Shown in pieces: positions 54,057 to 64,000 of a DNA stretch of 64,000 nucleotides. Position 1 is the first letter of the stretch, and the number at the start of each line of letters is the position of its first letter. Origin of the DNA: Amoebidium appalachense (lineage: Eukaryota > Protista > Ichthyosporea); contig CAVNZM010000006.1 of the NCBI GenBank assembly GCA_963693365.1, forward strand, positions 10,543,355-10,607,354, read 5' to 3'. The notes beneath the pieces are model-generated. The model was not told the origin of the DNA. It saw only the letters and a program-made list of their open reading frames with translations, and ran no database searches. The position numbers and the translations under genes are program-made.

Positions 54057-55524
54057 AGTGTGTATGTGCACGCGCGCACGCCTGCGTGTACTGACGTCAT
54101 TCCCACGTGTTTTCACATGAGTGCACCCATCCACCCCACCCACCTGTGCCTCTGCCAGTGCCCTAAACTGTGCCCTCAGGCCATCGACCAGCCTGACCCC
54201 CGGCAGATACTCCATCACAAGTACATCGTGGGTGCATAGCTCAGTCACGGCACGGGGGATGCACACACGGTGGCCCCACACGGGCATAATGTTCTTGCGC
54301 ACACGCTGCATGTGCTCTCTGTCAGACCCCTCCTTTGATGCTCATATGACCATGTCCTCCAATCCCCCCCCCCCCCCCCCCCCAAAAAAAAAAAAAACCC
54401 CCCTTCCAAAAAAAAACAAAAAAAAATAAGTCCTCACCCCACAAAGCACACGCAGAAGAACCTCTTTCATTCCACTCTCATTCCATCAACATCAGCCCCC
54501 CCCCCCCCGTCCCCTACCTCCTCCAGGGCACCCTCACCACTCCTTTCCTCCACCATCATAACTTAATGTACCCTGGCGTGTGCTGAGCAGAGCACTTTCT
54601 TCACCCCCCCCCCTCCCCCCGCTCCCCTCTCTCTCCCCACCACACACACACATTACACACACTTTCCCGCTCTGTTCCTGATCCTCTATGCCCCCTTCCT
54701 CGTAACTACAAAGCACTACTTCTAGAGCACACATCAGCTTTTGCCCCCCCCGTTCCCCCCTCCCCTCCCCAAAAACCTTCACCCCTACCACTCACCCACC
54801 CACTCCCCTCCCGCCCCACTCAAGCATCTCTCTAAGGGTACACAACCAACCACTTGCATCCCTGCGTGCACCTAGGCAAGCAGGCATAAGACCAGGCCAA
54901 TGGCCCTCAACCAAGCCCACACAGGAGCCCCCCCCCCCCTCCCCCCCATCCCCCCCCCTCCCTCTCCTTCCCCCGCCCCCGTCCAACGCGCCCTCCCACC
55001 CCACCCCCGCGCACCTCCAGATTTTCCGCCTCTCTCCTGTAGTCAAACTCGGTCAGAAACTGCTTCTCGACCTCCTCCATGAACGACAAATGTGCCGGCT
55101 GGGCCATGGCACAGAACTCCTTAGCCGTCTTGATGTCTGCCCTGAAGATCTTCTCTATGCCCGGGTACTGCACCTTGACCACTACCTCCCGCCCATCGTG
55201 CAGCGTAGCCCTGTGCACACACGTTAGCACATGCCTTCCCCCCCCCCCCCCCCCCCCTTCCCCCCGGGGCCTCCTCTCTCCAACCCCACCTTCGCCTCAC
55301 ACATCAACCCCAAACTTTCCGGCCCTGATTGCGTAAGTTTATTGAAATGTGTAAACATGTCTTGAAGCCACTCCCGCCATGGGCCTTTTCTACACATTCC
55401 ATCCAGTGAAGTTGCTCCTCCCCTCCTCCCACAAACCCCCGTCCCCCCTCCCCACCATCACCCTGTGTATTTTGTATTTTGTATTGTGTGCGTGCGTGAC
55501 GTGTATGTTTTTTTTTTTTTTTTT

Positions 55525-55568
<44 letters not shown>

Positions 55569-55863
55569 TGAATGCGGAACACAGTACGAAGTACGCATAC
55601 ACGATGAGAAGCATGGTGCAGGACACATGCAAAGGCAAACATTCAACTAGGGGGGGGGCACAGAAAGAGCTCTTGCTGCAGTCACAGGGTAGTTGAGCAC
55701 CTACCCCCCCCCCCCTCCCCCCCCCCAAACAAAAAAAGAAAAAAAAAAAGAGAGAGAAAAAATAGCTCCCCCCCCCCCCCCCCCCCCCCTCCTCCTCCCC
55801 CGGCAAAACAATGCCAGCCAACTGGACCTAGACCAGCCACACACCCGGTGCTTTGAAAGCCAG

Positions 55864-55905
<42 letters not shown>

Positions 55906-57279
55906 AAAAAAAAAAAAGGTGTGTGTGTGTTTGGGGGGGGGGGGGGGGTACACATACAACTGCTCCCTTTCACAACCCTCTCTCTCAACAGAAGCCGTAC
56001 CTCTCTCTCTCTCTCTCTCTCTCGCTCTCTCTCTTTCTCTCTTCCCCCCCTCCCCCCCCCCTCCCTCCTCCTCCACCCACCCACACACACAAAAAAGGAG
56101 GAAGGGAAAGAAAGAACCACAATCATACCCCCCTTCTGGCCACATAGCTCTCGCAAGCAAACCCACCTATGGACCTGTCCTATGGACGCAGCGCCCAGTG
56201 GTGTGTCGTCAAAGGTGCGAAACACGGCCGCTATTGGCTGGCCCAGTGAGCGCTCCACCACTGCGCGCACCTCGGCAGGGCCCATGCTGGCCGGCACACT
56301 GTCCTGCAACTGCTTGCACCAGCGCATATACTGGTCCGGCACAAAGTGGTCCTGTGTGGATGCAAGCTGCAGGGTGGAGTTGTTGGTAAGTTGTCAATCA
56401 GAACGCAGGTGAGCAGATATTCATTACTGTTGTGTGAGTGTGATTTAGAATGGTGTTGCAGACTAAACACAACACGGAGGTGCTTGTCTGCATGCACACG
56501 GTGCTGGGTGTCCGTTCCGCACCACCTCAAATATGCATGTCTCTTCCTGTGCCCTCAGTGATGACTACGTGGATGTGCGCTTTCCATGACTCGATGTCGT
56601 GTCGCTTATGTGTGTATATGCACGCATAACATGTGCTTCCAGATGTCATCCCAATTGCTTGTATACGTGCAATCTTACAGAAACAACCATTCCAATAAAA
56701 TCAGCACGACTGACACGCGCCCTACACGTCAATCAAATGGTGTGCTTGTACTCGAACGGTATTCTCATAGTACTGCAGTACTTCGCATGATCCGTGTAAT
56801 TTTACGACGTGCGGCCAAGTAGCCGACAAAAAAAAAAGTCGGCCAGCAGCCCCTTCCATCCGTCGCGAGATGCCCCTCTATTACAAGCTGCCAAGCATGC
56901 TTGCTAAACTCACCTGGCAGACTTTCATGTAGAAGCCCCTCAGGCGCAGGGCCAGTGTCTCCATGTGCTGCGTGTACTTGTCGTGCAGGGTGTTGTATGC
57001 TGCCGCCTGCTGGTCCACACTCTGGTCCTTCACCCACCACTCCACAGCACGGTAGTGAACATACACGGGCATAACGTTGAGCCAGAAGGTGGCCGATCGC
57101 TTTATTCCTTCATCGTTAGACACGTAGGCAGCTGCCCCGCTGCCACCCACTGCAACGGTGCCCAGGACCACCCTACCCAGGCCTGCCCTCGCTAACTGCG
57201 TGCCTGCTAGTGCGGTCGTCACCGTGCGCAGGAGGGGCTGGGAGAACAGCCGGCGAGGCAGGCGGCCTGCCGGGAGCAT
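49895..57279 (-). CDS. ABC1/UbiB-family atypical kinase (ADCK-like), probably mitochondrial, 7 exons
   Basis: Exons 57279-56914, 56366-56167, 55210-55015, ~54306-54144, 53226-52977, 52041-51883 and 50236-49895. Motifs [53 protein letters not shown]; Arg-rich N-terminus. Confidence 0.95.
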
Positions 57280-58187
57280 AGTGCCGGTTACTTTGAGTTT
57301 CCCCACACAACCGAAAGGGGGCAGCCCAAATGGAAATCTAGTTTGAATCGAGTCTCGAGGAAGTTCCAAACACACAGCATCAAACAGCGGCCAGCTGGCC
57401 AACGACAGCACGAAAATTTCGAAATGACGACCAACGGAAGAATGGCGGCACGAGATTATGATCGTTATCCAATAACTTTTTAGTAAGAACCATGTGCCGA
57501 CTCCCTAGAGCAAACACCAATTCCAGCTGGTCACCTGGTGGCCCAGAAAAATGGAGGTAAGATTAATAAAACAGCTTATACTCGTTATCAATTGGGCCAT
57601 TATGTTTTGAGGGGAAAAATAAAAACCCTCTTTTGTCACTTCATTTATTCAAGGCTTCAGGAGGCCATCAAGCTCATCCAGCAATCTAGATTTGGAGTTT
57701 AGGGAAGCATACTGTACGGCCTTCATGACATGTAATACGAAGTCATCAATACATGGATATTTCTATAAAATACCTATATTAGTAACAAAAAGAAAAAAGA
57801 AAGAGTGTCAAGCTTTTTTGTGTTTTTTTTATGCTGTAATGTATGCACACACTTCAGAAGGATGAAACACAACCCATGTGCCAAAAACCGGCTTGGAAAC
57901 TACTACATGACATTTAGCCAATTATGCCTCACACTGCTAGCCAAAATAGGTAATATCTTTTAATCTTCTTATGCGGCTTTACGATCGTGACGAGTTGCGC
58001 AGCAGCGCAACTTTTTTATTAGTGTTTGTTTTGACACCTGACCGTGTGTCACTGACAACGCGGCCGGTAGCACGGCCGGTACTGTTATTGTACACAGAGG
58101 TACCGGGTTGAGTTGCCCCGGAGACGTGTGCCGGTACATAGTATAGGGAAGCTACGTGCTATATGGCTATTGGTGTTGTGAGAGAAA

Positions 58188-61055
58188 ATGGAGGAGATGG
58201 CCGCACTGCTCTTTGGCCACCCACCGGCCCACGAGCAGCAGCTTGAAGGTAGGAACCTTGTTGTGTTCTCGTGTACACACCAGTGGCTGTTCGTGAGCAC
58301 GAATGTTTGTCGAATCGCGCTTATTCATCTTTTCCTTGTTCTTGCATTCTTAGATAATCTTGAAACGCTGGCAGTTTTCTGTAACGCGTGCCTTTGGACC
58401 TGACTGACTTCCCCTTACAGGTGATGCTGAAGCGCCAGACGCCGTGGGTGCTGATGGTGAGGCTCCTGTGGCTTCTACACATGAGAGCGCTGAAGTGTCA
58501 CAGGTGCAAGCACAAGCAACTGAGACTGCTGCAGATGAAAATGCTGCAGTGGAGACAGAGGTGGGTGGTGGTGACAAGGAGCAGACTGGCACAGAGCAGA
58601 CACGGGAGGGTGCAGTGGCCGAAGGGGAGGGAGGGCAGGTAGACGGGACAGGAGAGGAAGGAGGGGACGGGCAGCCAGCAAGCAGCACGCAGGAGGGGGC
58701 ACAGACACAGGCACAGGCAGGCGGCGAGCAGCTTCTTTACGGCAGTGTGGGGCAGACTGGCACAGAGCAGACACGGGAGGGTGCAGTGGCCGAAGGGGAG
58801 GGAGGGCAGGTAGACGGGACAGGAGAGGAAGGAGGGGACGGGCAGCCAGCAAGCAGCACGCAGGAGGGGGCACAGACACAGGCACAGGCAGGCGGCGAGC
58901 AGCTTCTTTACGGCAGTGTGGGGCTCTTACTGGCGGTGGGGGAGGACTCTGAGGACGAGCAGGGCATAGACAGCACCAGCCTGGCCAGTCTGCTGGCCCA
59001 ACCTGAGTCAGCCACCCCCCCCCCCCCCCCCCCCCTTTCCACCCGCCCCCCCACCCCCACCCTTGTCCTTCCCCCCCTTCCCCCCCCCACCCCCCTCCCT
59101 GATAACTCAGTCACACAGGCCCCCCGCTCTCGCTCTACAGGCATTCTCCCCCCTCCCCCCCCCCCCCCTCCCCCCTCCCCTCCTCCTCCTCCCTCCTGCT
59201 TCTCCCCCTCTCTTGTCGGAACTGCTGCTGTGACACTGCCACTACGGCCACTGTCAACACCACTATTCCTGTGAGCATAAACGTATAAGCATGTATTAGT
59301 CACCACTCGAACCTCTAGTCTTGTTCCTTTACTTCTGTCCCCCCCTCCCCCCCCCCCCTCCCCTCCCCTGCCCCCGCCTCCCGTCCCTCCTTTTGCGGGG
59401 ATCTTTAATAGATACACACCAGCACACCCTGTCTCACGATGCACATTACACGAAAAATACCGGCAGTGCGGCTGGTAGCATGGTTATGTGTTATCGTGAT
59501 CGGGCCCCTCTTTTCTTTTTCTGAAAAAACGGTGGGCAGGGGGGGGGGGGGAGAGAGGGGGGGGGGGGGAGGGAGGAGGTTAGGAGGGTGGGTGGAGAGG
59601 TGGGGGGGGGGGGGAGGGGGGGGGGGGGGCACAGGGCACATCCACTGGCAGTCAAGTGCATTGAGCAGCCTTGATCCAGCACACAGTCAATCACGGTATG
59701 GATATCTGGAAGTGTCTTGACTGCTGGGGGGCATGTGTGCTGTCCTTTCTTGCCTGACACTGCTGGTGGTGTGGCAGGGAGGCAAGCCAGCCACCCAAAG
59801 AGTCCAGTGAAGATGTGGCCGACCCAGCCAGCAATGATGAGACGGGTAAGAATGGTAATGTTGAGAATGGTGGAGGTGCTGCAAGCTTGGACGCGGGGGA
59901 GGGGGAGCAGAAGACCAGGCAGGGGGGAGAGGAGGCAGCAAAGGCAAAGGAGTCAGCCAAAGGGGCCACTGTGTCTGTGATCCCCCCTGGGTGGCGTCGC
60001 TTTAAACTGGAAAGAGGTGACGTCTTGTATGTGCTTCCCCCCCCCCCCCCCCCCCCCTTGAACCCCTTTTCATTTAACCCACTCAACCGTGAATAGCTAT
60101 GTTGACCCAATCTCTTTTGTTTCTTTCTTCCCTTTTTTTTTTTTGTTTGTTTGTTGGTTTGTTTGTTTGTTTGTTTGTTTGTTTGTTTGTGGTGGTTTTG
60201 GGTGTGTGGGGGGGGGGGGGGGGGGGGGGGTGGAGGGGAGGCTATGGTTGCACAAAGATATCGACACCTGCCCCCTGGCCACTTCCCCCCTGCGGAACCT
60301 ATCTGGGAATATTTTTATTGATGTCCTTTTTTGGGTGTGGGGCAAATGGTTATTTCGGAGTTGGCTTGACTCCTATCAACTAAGGTCTCATGAGTACTGA
60401 AGGTTGGTGGTGGCGGCCTGCACTGGGGATTAGTGTTAATGTTTTGGGACTCACTGATATCTGAGTAAGTCTGTGGAGGAAGAGGTGGGTGGTGTTGGTG
60501 GGAAAAGGGTTGGGATGGGGGTGGTGGGGTGGGTTGGGGGGGGGAGGGGGGGGGGGAGGGAGGGAGGGGGAAGGGGGGGGGGGGGGGAGGGGAGGGGGGA
60601 AGGGGACGCGGGCAAGGGTTTCTAACTTGTGTGGGTGTGCAGCTATTCCTTCGAGACTCGGGGTGTTTTCTTCCGCTCGATGCCGGACCTGAAGCACTTC
60701 TGTATGTAACCCTCCCCCTAGTCCAGAGCCTAACAGCAGTGGAGAAAAACGCGAAATGAAGAGAATGTTATGGGAAGGGAAAATGGGTGGTGGTGTAATT
60801 TTTGTTTGTTGGGTTTGAGGTGCGGGTGGGGGTCAGCAAACCGGAGGGGGGGGGGGGGGGGGGGGGGGGGATCGGAAGTTTATGGGTCCTTTTTGTTCTT
60901 CTCTCTTTTTGCCTTTTGTTGTGGAGAGGAAAAGAAGGGGGGGGGGGGGGGGGGGTTATACACACAGAGAGAGAAGGGCAGAGAGGGGACTTGGGGAAAT
61001 GAGAGGCGTGTGTGTGTGTGTGTGGTGTTGGTGGTGGAGTGGGGGGTGCCCGGGT

Positions 61056-61100
<45 letters not shown>

Positions 61101-61265
61101 TGGGCAGTTTTTTGGGAGGGGATGCAATAGGCTAACTAGAAACCTGGATTTGTTGGGGCTGGGATAGGATTGTGCGAGAATAATGCAGGTGGGGGGGATG
61201 GTCTGGCAGCAGGGTTGTGGGGGCACTGCATAGCAAAGAGTGAGGGGGATAGCTAGAACGTGAAT

Positions 61266-61300
<35 letters not shown>

Positions 61301-61975
61301 GGTGTCTTGTATGCGCAAGGTGGAGGAGGGTCTCCTTCGGGGGTATTTTGTTCATGCTTAGGGAGGGGGGTTGTGCATGCATGAGCGGGTTTACTGTTCT
61401 TGCAAGGGTGGTGGTGGTGAGGGTCCGTATTCATTCAAGAGTGTGGGGGAGGGGGGTTTCTTGCTTTTGAAAGGTTGTTGGTGTGCGTGTGTGTGTGGGA
61501 GGGGAGGGGGGGGGGAGGGGTATCTTGTTTATGCATCTGTCATGACGGCTGGGGTGTCGGGTGGCAGTGTCCACACTGGAAGATGAGCCGTACGAGGAGG
61601 GCATGTTCAGCTTCAAGAAGGGCGCAGACATTGCAGAGACAGAGGAGGGTATGTGTTATGTATCGTTATGTTACGTATTGTTATGTATTGTTATATATTG
61701 TTATATATTGTTATATATTGTGATATATTGTTATATATTTATATATATTGAACAGTATTAGTGCGCTAGCTAGTTTTAGAAATGTGTTGGCTGCTGTGGT
61801 TGCTGGTGATTTTTTTCTGTGTTCAGAGTGTGAAGGGTGTTCGTCACACACGTACTGGTAGAAACAGAAGCATGCAGGCATACATGGTGGTTTTAATGTC
61901 ACACATGGGCTAACTGGGGGTGGCCGCAGTCAAAAGCCAATCCAACATTCCAGGGACTATGTACAGGCAAGGTAA

Positions 61976-62018
<43 letters not shown>

Positions 62019-62420
62019 AAAAAAAAAAAAAAAACAAGCACGCACGCACACATGCGCACGCACACACACACACAAGCATATATCCTACACACCCTATACA
62101 AGCACACTCACACACAGAAAAGAAAACCAGAAGGAGAAATGAAATGATGAGAACAATCCTTAACACATTGGCCGATCAGTAGTAGTAATAATAGTCATAA
62201 AAATACAATTAGCGAGAAGGGAAAAGAGAAGACAGGAAAGAAAAAAAAAGGACACACTCGCGCACATATACGTGCACACATATACAAAATACGCACACGC
62301 CCGTGTGCGCGCTTTTTCTCACACACACGGGCGTGCGCACACACGCACGCGCACACACACACATACACATACACACACGCACACGTGCACACATGCATGA
62401 ACAAAACACAGTCATACACA

Positions 62421-62454
<34 letters not shown>

Positions 62455-63801
62455 ACAACCCGCCTATCCCACCTCGCCTTACCCGCCTCTTCTACGTTCC
62501 CCCCAATCTCATATTTTTCCCCTCTGATTGCGAATTCTGCGGCCTTCGGGACTTAATTCTTTTCAGCTGGTGTAGTATGTTAGCCAGGGAAGTATCGACT
62601 TAGGTATCGACGGGGGAGCTTCCTAGAAGCCCCGTCTCCTGAGTTCCTATCTATATTTTTCTTGCTTCTGCTTACTGCTGCAACTTTAACCCCCGGCCTT
62701 TCCCACTGCCCTTGCCTGCATAAGCAACCCTGCTCGTCTCTGATCAAGACGGGTGACCTACTCATGTTCAAGTGAAACAGTATCTGAGTTGGGTTTCGTT
62801 AACGAGGGGAATAGGTCGAAACTCGGGTACTGTGGATGACGTGGGCCCCCCCTGAGGATGGGCTCTGCTTATTATGCATACTCTTTATGTATGGCTTGCA
62901 TTCTGCATCGTGTTATCCGTTTGTTCTTGTGTACTTCGTACTTTTTGACGCATTCAAAACCCCCCCCCCACCCCACCCACCCACCCACCCACCCACCCAC
63001 CCACCCACCCCACCCCCCCCCCCCCCCCCCCCCCCCCTCCCCCCCACCCCTCCTCCCTCCTCCGATTGCTTCTGTGTCATCTGTATCCTGTACAAATCTA
63101 GGCCCCCTCTTTCCTTCTTTTCCCCGCTCTCCCCATGTTCCTTGTCCCACATGCAGTTTACTTATGCTTGCCTCTCCTTTCTTCCATCCCTCCGTGTGTC
63201 CCCCCCCCCTCCTCCCCCCCCTTCATGCAGGTCCCAGTATGGCATCCCAGACCAAACCCAGGAAGCCCCCCTCTGCTGAAAATCCAGCAACAAAAACCCC
63301 TGCTTTCCAAAGGGCAAAGCCCACTGCCTCCCGCCAGTCAGCAAGCAAGAGACCCAACAGTGCTGGTGATGATGAAAGCGACCAATCCGAGAAGCGAATT
63401 CGCACAGAGGGGGGTCCATGCAAGCAGCCGGTGAAACGCGTAAAAGCCCCCCCCTACCCTCGCCTGATATCAACCACGGCCCGCAAATCCGCTACCCCCT
63501 ATCCACCACCCAGCCCTCCCTCAGCCTCCGAATCCGAAGACACGACGGAGCAGCAATCGGGCAAACGGCAGAAGAAGGGGGAGATAGCCGGTGAAACGCG
63601 TAAAAAGCCCTTCCTCCCTCCTGGCCTGGTATCATTTACGGCGCGCAAGAATGCTGCCCCCTATCCACCACCCAGCCCTCCCTCGGCCCCTGACTCCGAA
63701 GATATAGAGGAAGATGCACCCAACCAGGCCCACCGGCCCTCTCTGCCGGGCAGTGCCAGGCGTATACCTCTCTTCAACAGCACTGCACATGGCCAGCACA
63801 G
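58188..63801 (+). CDS. Low-complexity hypothetical protein, multi-exon, continues past the window; has ARKS-like motifs
   Basis: Exons 58188-58248, 58421-59270, 59778-60016, 61568-61648 and 63231-63801 join with GT-AG introns in matching phases (1, 2, 1, 1). Confidence 0.65.
58581..58922 (+). repeat. In-frame 171-bp (57-aa) tandem duplication
   Basis: 58581-58751 and 58752-58922 read identical (QTGTEQTREG...LLYGSVG twice). Confidence 0.95.
61661..61750. repeat. 10-bp tandem repeat (ttatatattg)n
   Basis: About 8 degenerate copies at the start of an intron. Confidence 0.85.
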
Positions 63802-64000
63802 GTGACCCCCCCCCCCCCCCCCCCCCCACACACACACACAACACCACCACAACCACCAGGACCACCATCCCCAAAACTCCTGCAGGCCCATTTTTTCCTC
63901 TCGATTCCCCCCCCCCCCCCCCCCCCCCCCCGACGCATACTGTGCACATGGCTGATGTTGCATACTTGAATGTTTGCCTTTGCATGTGTCCTGCACCATG

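Overview
Eukaryotic, intron-rich DNA, probably a unicellular opisthokont (tentative). Introns are packed with (CA)n, (GA)n and poly-G/C tracts, so most ORFs in the supplied track are microsatellite artefacts. Host genes I could reconstruct with phase-consistent splice sites: a C1-C1-UBA-UBA protein (5710-12846, -), NDC80 (22724-31131, -), an aquaporin (40180-43111, -), a secreted Cys-rich protein with a homopolymer frameshift (47008-47644, -), an ABC1/UbiB kinase (49895-57279, -), and a low-complexity protein with H3-tail-like ARKS motifs (58188 to window end, +). There are two mobile-element clusters. (1) 13887-21327: about 0.9-1.0 kb inverted repeats enclosing a decayed Polinton-like DDE integrase, a possibly viral ORF and two solo LTRs. 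(2) 32673-38285: an APE+RT LINE with an intact ORF2 sits inside a PIF/Harbinger-type element. The most unusual signal is that this LINE's 7-bp target-site duplication lies 196 bp beyond its poly(A). The same 196-bp module occurs at 21574-21769, after a poly(A) attached to unrelated upstream sequence. All calls come from reading the sequence by eye; no searches were run.
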